Assembly (NCBI GenBank): GCA_003344405.1
Contig: NOWV01000327.1
Location: 1 to 47,512, forward strand
Reading direction: 5' to 3'
Source: Trichoplax sp. H2
Lineage: Eukaryota
Length of the DNA: 47,512 nucleotides
Part shown: piece by piece, positions 12,954-25,424 of the stretch
Numbering within the stretch: position 1 is the first letter of the stretch
Layout of the letters: each line of letters starts with the position of its first letter
Program-made: the position numbers and the translations under genes
The notes under the pieces: generated by a model
What the model was told of the DNA's origin: nothing
Seen by the model: the letters and a program-made list of their open reading frames with translations, nothing else
The model's database searches: none

Positions 12954-15900
12954 GTTAAATGCTATAAAAGAAATGATAATATTAATAGATGGAAAAAGAT
13001 TATCTGCTTGTAATTTAACAGCTATATCTAAGTTTTGTAGGACTCTTATGTTTTGATAATTCTCTATAGTTTACCGTTATTGTATGATATGATTTGAGAA
13101 ATACCTCAGTTAATCAACTTTTTTTAAGGTAAATAAGTCTTCAATATAGGACATTTATTACGAAGAAATGATGAACGAATTTGCCCAATAAAAGCGAATA
13201 ACATAAATTTATGTGCACTGTAGCAACAATTTTTTCAGTATTTGTTAACGATTAGTGATTGATTAATGTAGTTATATAATGTACAACGTTTTGCTAGTGG
13301 TACTGGATAATTTGTCATCATGCTTTACGTTATCGTAAAAATTTAATAAAATCTAGCAGGGTTATTACACCCTGTTAACTTCAGTACTGATTCAAAAATT
13401 GCAAAGCATAAAGGTTACAGAAAAATAAGCGAAAATGCGATGTCGTTGTCTAATGCCTTTCTTTCAGTTTACGTATGCCATGATGATAAATTGCAATTTA
13501 AAGCGGACCTTATGCAGATTGATCACGAATATAATTGCAATTTGTTAATATTGCGACGAAATTATACTCTAGTCTCAATGGCAGATACTACAGAGATTTG
13601 ATTCATTATAGTTACTTATAATCAAAAGAAAATAAAAGCTAATACCCTCAGTTCAAAAGGTAGATACTACAAATATTTTTAATCTATTAAAGTTACTTAT
13701 AATTAGAAGATAATAAGAGTTAGACGGAATTAAAGATTAATACATCGATGAATTTCGTATGTGATCATAGGCAATTTGAAAGTTTTTAAGAATCAAAAAG
13801 CTTCCAAACTTCCACATGCATCGATGTAACATGCCAGTGCAGGTATATGTTCTGGTAGTTACGAGTACAGCGGGTACGGGGCAGAAATTATTCTTCATTT
13901 CGTAATTTCAAAGCAAATTCAAAATACAATATTGTTAGTAACCTTGCTTATGCAATTGAATTACTCTATCAACATAAATTCCGTTCTAAACATAAATATC
14001 GAAAATACAACTGTTTATGTCCCAGTTAGTTGATCGTGCCTTTGTAAACGCTCGGAAAATATCGACTAAGTCTGATATTGATTAATACCCGAGTACATTA
14101 TCTGTGATAATAATGCATGCCAAGTAAATCTGAATGCAAGTTAAGCCTTAAAAATTCTACAAATCTTGATATGATTAGAAATTTCCCAATGGCCATCATT
14201 ATTTTATCTTAGTTGAAATCGAAGTAATTTCCGCCAAAGTACGTAAATCTATCGTGAAGCGTATTATTAATATTAATTCCAGCATTAAAGTGAAGGTAAA
14301 GTGAACTATAGCCACGGTTTATCATAATGTTGCCGATGGCCAACCGTAACTTCTTCGGACTTTGCTAGTTCAAGTATAGCAATTGTTCACGAATATTTGT
14401 AGCAGCTCAACACCGTATACAACGCAAGGAAATATCAGGTTATAGTCAATAGCATGTGTACATAGTTTACAGCGACGCTTGATGCTTTTCAATCCCTGCA
14501 TTAAAATCGATAGTGATTTGCTATAATCTTAGATTGCCACCATACTGTAGACTCTTTGTCGTCGATTGCCACGATTTACTGACTACATCATCATCATAGC
14601 TGCGTAGTACTATCATCAGCGAGATACTATTAATTAAAACAAATTGGAACGCAACTTGCCGATTTATCGTCTATTATACTCGAATTTACAATATTATTTA
14701 CTTCAGTGACTGATGTTCGACTGCTGATTTAAAAACCAATCGAGATTTACCATTATTACGATTAGTCATGATCATATTGACCTGGTTACCATATTGCTCC
14801 AGTCTTACTTAGCTACCAATGTCACCGTAGCATTTTCGTATCCTAACCAATTCATTGTAGACTTATAGACACTCAATCGTGTTAACTTTATTGATTTGCA
14901 ATAGAAATTACTGTAATAAGAGTAAAATAATTAACAAATGGATACTGTTATCTCGTGATCAATAAGCTAGAGATCTTATATTCTATTCTATATAGTATGC
15001 ATAATAACTATGTTTTTTAACATTACCATGCAAAACATAACTGTCAATGGAGAGTTCCTATTGCAGTATTTTGAATTCATATTGTATTTTTTTCCATCTA
15101 CTGTATATTTGTCAATCTTACTCTCTCTTTCTCTCTATATATATGTCATAACAGCATAATAATCACGTCAGGAAAGGACAATAATTGTCATAAGCCTTAA
15201 GTTTAATTTGGAGATTTTTAACTTGTATTGTTTTCCCTTGGCCAATCATCGTTGACTTAATTTTATTATCATCATCTTGACTATAGATTACATTGTTCAA
15301 GTCAAGAAAAAAACTTCGATCATAATATATTAACTTGCTAGCAGGTTGATCGAGCTCGAGGGAAATCCTTTTTCAATGTTTTTTGTGTTCAACTGATGAC
15401 ATTACGCATCTGTTAAATAAAAAGTATTGCTTTACCCTTCAAAGGGATGATATTGGCTATCATACGATTCATCTACACGCAGATTTAATCTTAGAATAAT
15501 TAATGGTCGAAAGAGTTTAACATACAAGTGGTAGTTATGCACGCTGCCAACATGTCATATTTTGGTCTTTATTAAAGGCGATAAAAGTGTTCAGGTAAAA
15601 TTATAACCCATCCTTCCTATGTTAGAGTTCCTTGAATCTTTTTAGTAATATTGAAATTATCTTGCCAACAATTGCATGGTAATGCAGTTATGATAATGAG
15701 TAGTGCTTTAATTTTTACCTATTTTTCAACGATAGTAAGATCAAATTCTTCGCAATAGGCAACCTTTCTTCTAGTAATACCGTATATATTCATGTGACTA
15801 TTGCTGATAAACTAACTTCCTTGGGTAATACCACAACAGCATTCTGACTTCGTGTGACTTAATTGCATCAAAGAAGATATTAAGTTAATTCACAAATTCT

Positions 15901-16816
15901 ATATTACGCTTCTTTCAATAGCCAATCAATTCTGGTAAAGTAAATTAGACTAAATAGTAATTGAATATCAATAAATTCTAATCGACGGTGAATGCGTTTC
16001 TATACTGTCACTGACGGGAAGGAGGCTTAAATAGTTTGAATTTTTTTTATTCTATTTTAACCGTAGTTAGTAAATATAAGCGTTATGTTCTCTAGTGCGA
16101 CACTAGGTCAATCACGCAATACTAGGTTAGACGCTGCAAAGTAGCCTGCAGCGAGGAGTCCACATCTTTATTCTGGGTTGCCTTCGCCACAAGTGATATT
16201 ATATATAACATATCTATTACATACGTATTAGAAAATTATTAGTGAACGTGTCAATACATTTACGATATTAGTATTATACGGTTATCTCATCAGTTAGGCA
16301 GCTATGCAATTTATCTGCCCTAATTCCTAGACATTACTAGTCTATCACACATAACAAGATAAAATCATTTCATTTTATTTTATAAAGTACAGCAACTGTA
16401 CTGTTTTATAGCTTAAGCAATTGTAGTATTCTGTAATCTTGAAACATGCGTAGTAGTATGATTCCAATTCCACAGCCCATGATTGAAAATTACTCATGAC
16501 TGATACATCGGTGAACTTCTGATATCCGTAATCCATTCTGATAGTGAGCTTAACATGTATTCAATTGTTGATATTAGGCAATATGAAGCATCTTTTTAAA
16601 ATGATACCAATATGAAAATTGATAAAATTAAGTGACCATTAGACTGTTGAAATGAAACCTTTGTCATTGATATTATTGTCACCCGTAGAATGTATCGTTT
16701 ACAACGTTAAATTTTCTCTTTTCTTGACGCAATTTTTTAAACTTCTTGACCAATTCAATATTTTACAGGCCCTTAACTCTCTCTGATTCAATTCATCCCA
16801 ATTGAGAGATAGCAAG

Positions 16817-19800
16817 ATGGTAAGAAAATAATTGATACAATGTTAGTCTAACTTATTTCGATGAATAGTGATTACTATTTGTTGTTTAGTGAATTGAAAG
16901 CGAGCAAGATAGTCAGAAATTAATTTGTATACACCCATTCTAACAAATAACAACTTCTATCCATAGTAATAATTTCAATTGCTAGTTTAATTACTTGAAA
17001 AGTTGGCTAATAGGTTAGGGAATGCCTAGAGTACTTTATTTAATAGATAGTTTTATCCATGAATAAGACTAGTCGAGATTGCTATTCTAGTTAGTAAGAA
17101 GTGTACTTAGATCGCAAAATGGCTGATTACTTGGAGTTGATTTTATAAATTTAAGGAATGGTATAGTTTTTTGTAAAGTACTGGAATGATAGAGAAATGG
17201 TTAGTATTATAAATCGTTTCTCTAGTAGTTTACTAATTTTACTATTTATCACTACTAGCCCTCTGCTAGTTTGGCTAACTAAAATGAGGATAAGATTTTC
17301 GAAAGAATTTGTTCATGGATAGTCTTATAACACTTTAAGTTTACCCAACAATTAAGAAAGTAAACAAGATGGTTAAGAATTGATTTTTATATTGGAAAAT
17401 CTTGCCGATTTAAAATTTATTTAACGAAACATAGAATCTATAGCCATTTTAATAAATGATATAATACTGAAACGATGATATTTCCCTATTTTATTTATAA
17501 ATCTGATAACCCAAAGCATTTTATCTACTGTCTAACTTTATCTTTTAAAATTATCTTATTACCGTTCCAAAACTACATTTTAAGCTACTAGTTTTATCCT
17601 TGAGTTAGACAATAATTATCAATCTAGTACCATACTGTATGATAGAAATTATACTGTACTTAAAAGCCAAACTGATAAAAATTATAATTACATTCGCAAG
17701 TTAAATGATGTTATCCAGTACATGTAAACTGAAAACTGGACTTTTATCTATAGGAATCGAAATCTATTTCTCAACTTCCTCATAAATCATTTTCGTCATC
17801 GTGGGGTCGTTATGAATTTATATGTAGTTACCAGTTATCCTTAATTGTCTTCTATTTCTCCGTTTCGCAAATATGGAAACTTCCTTTTATTGCCTATCTT
17901 AATGGTAGAGGTATGTTCACACATAATATATACTCATAGATATAGATTAAATTATTAAACGTTTATTACTGAAAAATGAATGCACCTTCTGTTCTGGTAC
18001 AAAGTGCTTTGATTCTTGTAAATCTATATGTGACTAAAAAGCAATGAATTTGAGTTACTAAATTAGTAAACAAAGAAGTAACGTTTGATGGACAGACCTA
18101 TACCTAGCCTAACTTGAAACTCTTTCGTTGAAAAATTCAGTAATATAGATTTGTTTAAGCTTTTCATAGCCCTTCTATCCGTACTTTACAATCTTTCTAC
18201 TATAAGAGTTACCACCATACTTAATGCTCAGAAGCATTGAGAAGTATTTGTATACTTGTGCTATTATAATAAATTAAGATGGCAATGCTATCAATTACGG
18301 TCTATTCCTTAGGCACTTGAATTAGTGGCAATCTATACGTCTAACCTGATTAAAATCGATTCGTTGAAGAAATCCAGTAAAAGATATAGATTTAGAATAG
18401 TACTGATTCACTTTTGTTGCCTATAATTTAGTCTAAAAGGTCTTTGCTGTAAGTAGTATTACGATATCTGCAAATAGAATTGATGCGTATTTTTCGTCGC
18501 CCCTATTTATATCAGTTTATACGGTACTAATTTAAACTATCCTGCAATCATTGCAATAAGTGATGTATGACTTCTTTTATTTATATTAATAATATTATTA
18601 AATTTTATGATGATATTTAAATGTTACGTGTACAAAAATATAGATTAGAACCACCTTGATGAGCAATTTTTGTTTATGTTAATGTCTAGTGGCCTTCTTC
18701 GTACCCTACATCTTGGTACTCATTGTAGTAATCTTGCCTGGGAGCTACTTAGAAATGCTGATGGGGCAAATAGCAAAGAAAGGGACTATACAATCTTGGA
18801 ATAAATTAATGCCAATTTGGAAGGGTACATAACTCAGCTAAACGTGTAGAAAGTTAACATAATAGTCCTATTACATTCTATTGAATAGCTCTCGTATAAA
18901 ATTCACTAAGATTACGAACTATTTTTTCAATATTTTATATGATCAATAGGACTTGGCTACGTTCAAGTGATGATGTTAATTGTATCAGCTATTTTTATGG
19001 CTCCGCTAACTGGTTATGCGCTTTATTATTTCATGGTTGCATTAATAACTAAACCTCGCTCTAATCCACCATGGAATTCTTGCTCTAATTCTTGGAATAC
19101 TCAATACTGTCGAACTACTTATAAATTCTGTTCGCGAAATATTATTGAAAATTCATCATCTCTTCATACCGCACTTCCTACTACTACCACAGCATCATAC
19201 CAAAATTGTATTAATCCAGGTCAATTGGTTCGAATGCCAGAATTAGAGTATTGGTAGTAAGTCTGCCTAAGTCTATCATCTATTATATATTATTATCGAT
19301 CTCTTTTTTTTTTCTTAATGCATATTTTTAGTAGCTAGAGGATGTAGTTTATTAATTCTAGAATACATATTTCATATTTATTAACATTAATATTTATACT
19401 CGTTTTATTTTGGATTGCAGTTTTCAGGTACTGAATATTAACTCTTCAGGAATCGGTGGTATAGTTCCATGGCAAGTTGTATGCTTATGTACAGCGTGGG
19501 GACTTGTTGCCATCACTATATTCTTAGGATTGTCCTCATTTAGAAGGGTACTCTATCAAATGTTTCTAAATAGTGATAACTATTAATATTACAAATAATA
19601 GCAATCCGTATATGGTTAAATTTCTATGATATATATGTTTCTAAACATATGAATAGTGCTACAAAGTTTAATTACTTTGTTATTACATATATCACCTAAA
19701 GGCAAATGACTGATTTTAATCGATTTATTACCATTATTTAAGAAACATCTTAAAATTTAATTACTATATTATTACAAGTATCGTTTAAAGTCAAATGATT

Positions 19801-22800
19801 GACTTTTAATCAATTTATGACCAAATCGTTCACAAGAGCACTCATGAATAGTTTCTCGAAAGTAAACAATCGATAGAAATCTATAGTTTTTCAGTTATAA
19901 TAAATAAATAATTTAGGGAAGCTATTTTTCTAATAGCATAACCGCTCATAAATACCATCATGTATCATTTTATGCTCTATCGTGATGTATTAAATTTAGA
20001 TGAAGTCAAAGATCTTTAAGTAACGTAAGATTTTATTCCTTTTTATAGGTGGCCTATGTAATTTTTTCTCTAAGCGTTGCAGCCATCGCTATACTATTAG
20101 TCGTTGCTCTATCTCTGCCAGCAAGTCCTAATGCAAAATTTCAGTTTTTTAATGAGAGTTCGATTCTACCTTTATCAAGACCAGCTACTTGGGCTGCAGC
20201 TCTTGCTGAAGCTATTTTCTCATTCTCAATTGCGTCTGGATGTCTAGCTCACCTTGGAAGTCGAAATAAAGCCAATACAAATCATCTTTGGTTAGCATTA
20301 ATATTCATACCTGTACAGTCTTGTAATTTTGTCCTATAATTATCACAAATGCCGCTCTACAGTCACTGCTTTTTAATTGAAAAATCACCTAGAAATACAT
20401 TAGTTTAGGATTACCTAACTTTAAATCATAATTGCAAGAAATAAGTAACAACAGTACTACTGTTCATATTAACAAGCATAGCAATATTGGCACTATTAGT
20501 CCATTACTATGGAAACTACTGTTATGAGTAGGTGATCCATTTGAAATAATTCATTCGACATCAGAAAGCTTATAGTAGATCTTATACGATTTATACTAAT
20601 GCTATAATACTGCCACAAATCTTAGCTAATACAAAAATCAAATTATTGTAAGAATGAAACACAAATAGCTAATAGAAATTTAACAAAATTAACCTTTTTT
20701 AAAAGACACATGTGTTTCTGAACCAACTTTTTTATGTATTCTCATGATGGTACTATCATTTAGGCATTCCTTAATCTCGATTATTGCCATTGCTATGTTT
20801 GCCTTGGCATCCTGCCAAATGGTGATTACATTTGTATCCTACATTGCCTCTCAATTAAACGTTCCTATTACTCAAGTTATAACCTTAGGTATGTGATAAA
20901 TACCAAGATCGTCTTTTATAGCTTTAACCAAGCAGTCTACTGCGGTAATTATACTGTAAAAGTTTGAAACAAATAATAAGAAAGAATTTGCCTGCTCGTA
21001 TCATCAATCTAGTTAACCTTTTTGCCGCACAAATGGCCAATAGTAAATAAATATAGAATAATTATCGTTGTAGAATATGAGTACTGCTAAATCAAATAGA
21101 TAATCTTTAGTAGGTCTTTTACGGTTTATTACCGGTAGTTTATTTTCTCATTATAAAAATGATTAAATGACTAGATATCATTGAGTAAATACTGTAATTA
21201 TTGATATTTTCTAAAAGACTATAACCTTGTGAGTTATTGAAAGGTATAGAATTAAGCTCTATTATTTATTCCTCCTTAGGCGTTAACCTTGCATACGTTG
21301 TATTTCCTACACTGTCACGACTTACTGTAACTGGAAGGGTAACGTTAATCGTCTTTTACGCGTTGATTATTCTAGTATGCATCTCTAAAATGGTAAGTAG
21401 TACAAGATATATCCATGCAATAACAGTAATTGATGTTTATGCAGATCTTGTTGTGCGTTAATATTAAGACACATGCTAAACATCGGCAGAGAATAGACAG
21501 GTGTAGCTTTGGCTTATTTAATATAAAATTATTCAACATTAACTTAGTATCGCAGTATTTATGTTAATCTGGTCCTGTAATTCATTTATATTAGCATTTA
21601 GCGAAATGATACACATCCATAATCTAACTAGCAACAAAATAAATCTCCACTCCTAAATTTTATTACGATTTCAACATCGATATTAAAGGCAGCTCTATAA
21701 CTTATGGAATCATTTTGTTTATAGTCTGTAGTAATTAGTCTTACCATGAAGGGGGGGGGCATTAATAGTGATATTCAGTGGCAGATTCTATAAATAAATT
21801 GACTGAGGCTTGTTACCAATTTAAGGATTAATGTGCTGTCATCTGCAATACGCACTATTTGCTTTAAAGTTTCTGAATGCGAGGTCCTAAAGGTTATCTG
21901 TTTCCTCAACTTCATCTTAATCATACTCTATTTATTTGCAAAGTATTAAAATTAAATTTGATACCTCGTGTAAGACTAAAAGACTTTGATGCAATGATAT
22001 CTTTTTTATGTCTACAACTAGTGAAATTTTCTTTTTATTAACAGGCAATCTTTACTGAGGTTGCTTTTGACGCGATATTTGAAGAAATTCCTGATGGATA
22101 TTTAAAGCGTTATAAAGTTTTGTGGCGAATTGGCTTTATTGCCGTATTAAATTGCATCGGATTGATCTATACTACCCGGGTATAAATAGAATATTAAAGG
22201 GAGTGTAACATGCTCTACTTAAATAATTATAATTACTGGCTTCTCTAGTCGTGCCATTTTCTGTAATATACTGACTGATTACGATCTTATAAACTAATGA
22301 ATAATAGGGTGGACTCAGATTTATAGAAGCTACAGACGAAGCTGTAGCCCTTGTACAAACTCTACTTATCATTTTTCAGTATGCAGGATTGGCTTTTTTG
22401 TTTAGTAAGTCCCGACACATATAAACCATAAGATTAAACAATCCATAAAATTGATCCTAAAGGACTTTTAACAATTATTATACTTTACGATTTAGTTTTA
22501 ATTAGTCATAGATCCTGTTATTAGACTACTAAAGAAGTAATCACTTAGTATCCTTAATTCAATATCGCAAGGCATGATTAACATTAATCGTTGATTCTTT
22601 AGCTAACAGAGTTTATTTCATGATGAAATAATTCAATTTTAGTAATTTATACTCAGAGTAGATGGATGTAAATTAGTAGCTTTTACCTTTAATGAATTAA
22701 GGCTAAAATTTCACTTGCACTAATTTAGAAATTGAAAATGTTATAATTTCGTAATATTGAGATATAAAGTGCGAATATGGGACCCTTTTTTTATTAAACT

Positions 22801-23402
22801 TGACGAGAATTATAACTTTATAACTATGTTGTTTCTTTAATAATAATTACTTACAGTCAGAGCCCGAATGATTCGAAATACCGTAAACTATATTCGATTA
22901 AGTCAACACCGTCTACTCATGCTCTGGCTACCCATCGCTCTGGTTTCGCTTATTATATATGTGGTAAGCTTGAGCTATTAAAATTCTTCTAGAAATACAT
23001 AATTTAAATCCTTTATCTATCTTAAATTTGCATCACTTTATGCTTTTATTCCATCCATTTCGATTTACTAACATTGTTAATATTGGTTACAATTATTTTT
23101 AGATCTACGACGTGTACTACTTCAACAGCTTATTTTCCAATTTTCCGGCCTCTCTTAATTTTCTCTTAATCGCAGGCTGGGTCTTCTTTGGAATAAGTTT
23201 GGCTATATTTATTGGATTTATCATTTATCAGGTGTTTTATAAATATCGCCAAAATAAGATTGGTGCTATCACGCCGCATGGAAATTTAAATATGGACGTT
23301 GGATTTATCCATTATATGTCGATGAATGTTGATTCAGTATTAGATAGTGCCGAAACCTATCATTTAAAACTAGTTTATAGCGATACTGCATCTAAAATAT
23401 AA
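16817..23402 (+). CDS. Divergent SLC6/NSS-family transporter, paralog A, about 615 aa; exons 16817-16819, 17754-17910, 18690-18824, 18950-19256, 19421-19547, 20049-20290, 20764-20888, 21280-21392, 22045-22179, 22308-22404, 22857-22963, 23103-23402
   Basis: All introns are GT-AG and the phases join into an 1848-nt ORF. SLC6 hallmarks: NGxxAFFVPY, LEMLMGQ, KGLGY, EL2 PWNSCSNSWNTQYC, PELEYW, GxNLAYVVFP and about 12 hydrophobic helices. The ATG-only first coding exon is inferred from the same arrangement in all three paralogs. Confidence 0.88.
19698..19823. repeat. Short degenerate direct repeat (about 36 bp, 2 copies) in intron 5 of paralog A
   Basis: aaaggcaaatgactgattttaatcgatttattacca at 19698 versus aaagtcaaatgattgacttttaatcaatttatgacca at 19787. 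Confidence 0.65.
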
Positions 23403-24360
23403 CAGCAAAAATCCAACCTTATCCTTGATTATATTAAGTAATTAATTTTACTAAAGTAAGAACTAGCTTATAATGATCCCATAAAAATACGAGTACATTG
23501 CTAATTTTTAAAAAAACTTTGTCACTATCGGTAAACTTGGGCTGATTTTGAGTATTAAGTAGCCTATCCTAGAAGTTAAAAGCACATATTTTTAATGCTC
23601 TATATTTGTAAAATTGCAAATTTGGGACGAAAATACTATATAAACTTAATATATATCGATATTTACCGATATAAAACTGCAAAACTACTATACCGCTGAT
23701 AAAGTAAATTTGCTATTTACAGCATTTCGTATTATGCTTCTTTGCATTGATAGAAAAAGTAACTCAATTTCGTAACTCTGCAACCTTTACTTTACAATCC
23801 AACCGAATTTTGAAATGGTGTATCATATTCATGGTTTATTTCTAATTCCGATTCCTTTAATGAATCAATTGATTGAACTATTACGGCTTGTTAATGCATG
23901 CATTATCCGGTAGATAAAGTTACTTGGTATATTCATTAGAGAATATAGTAAACGGTAATTCGTATTGACTGAAAAGCTGATATTTCCTATGATGTTACTA
24001 AAAATTTCTTTACTAGTGTTAAGCCTAATTAATTATCAACGTACAAAGTTCTTGCATTTTAAAACTGATCTGAAGTATTAAGCAAGCCCAATCACCTTAA
24101 TAGCCAGATATATACAACAGTAACAGACTATCGAGAGTTTTAAAGCCCGTAGTGCATTTATTTGACTCTCTAGCTAATCTAAATAGTAGTAACGCGAAAA
24201 AAGGGCTAGAAAGATTCTTAAAATCAATGTTTCAGTTATTGTATCTGAATCTCTTACTCAACGTTGGTACAAAAATGTCAAAGTAAGCTAGAAAGATTTT
24301 CAAGTCTATCATACAGTCACTCTAACTGAATCCTTTACTCCATCTTATTACAGTAGCTGA

Positions 24361-24674
24361 GCCCTTTACTATTCAAAGCATTGAAAGTGATCATAAAACT
24401 GTGTAATGGTTTACATAGAATAAAGTATGTTAGTGGGCTTTGGCTGATGAAAAAATGGTAAAGTAACATAGTAGCCGTGAGGCTGTTACAAACCGAAAAT
24501 TGGTTTGTTCGTGATCGATAACGATAGTAAGCTATATAATGTACAGCAATAACTCAGTCATTTTGGGAAAAACCAGAAAGATTCCCGTGTAATAATCATT
24601 CTCACTAAACTCTTTACTCAGTCAAAGCATTGCTAGCTAAGTTCTTTTACTTATTCAAAGCCTTGAAAAGTGAT
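24361..24674. repeat. Degenerate dispersed short repeat (about 25-33 bp, 3 copies)
   Basis: ccctttactattcaaagcattgaaagtgat (about 24362), ctctttactcagtcaaagcattg (about 24610) and ttcttttacttattcaaagccttgaaaagtgat (about 24642). Confidence 0.65.
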
Positions 24675-25424
24675 GATTTTTAAAAAGTAAAATAATTTAT
24701 CTATGATCTATGGCTGCATTAAATGAATAAATAATTACTACCTTAGAATATATCCAATGCGGAGCCAAATTAGCATGATTATGCAAAAATTGTTCATCAA
24801 TAAACTAGAACGCTGTACAACTATACATATAAAGATGATGCTTACGTATTGGATAGGTACGGTAGAAGTCATACAGTTTAGTCCTACATAGTTGACGTTG
24901 TTTGGCAACAAAAACTGTAGCATTAGGTCTAGTTTTAAATAGTAAGATGATAGAAGATTGACGTCATTTATTTATTTAGCGAAAGCGTGCTATTTTCTTT
25001 AATGAGTCGGAGCACTGCCCCTAGCAAAACACAATATAGATTGCAAATATTATTCTGGTTCAGCCATTACTCGTATGTTGAAAAATCTACAACAACTTAT
25101 GTTTTCTATTAAATCTCAATTTAGTTTATTTTATCTGGAATAGAGGGGGCATTTTCTCCTTAGTGAAAGCGTAATTATTATGGTTGGAAACGGTCGTTGC
25201 TAGAAATTGTAGTAATGACAAGGTGCCTTTACAATTACTACTTGCGGGGTAGCCATTCTTTCATGTTTACTTTGGCATAACTATTCCTCAGAAGTCTGGA
25301 CTGTCTCTGTGGTCTTTCTTTAGAATTGAGGTGCGGTGGAATAGATAATTTAGGGCAATCTATTAGTCATTACGAAGCGATGAATCACCGGGAAACTCAA
25401 GTTGATTCCATCCTGTGGCCATAC

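Noticed and set aside
12853..13056. 67-aa ORF
   Set aside because: It overlaps the 89-bp tandem repeat and has no splice context or motif.
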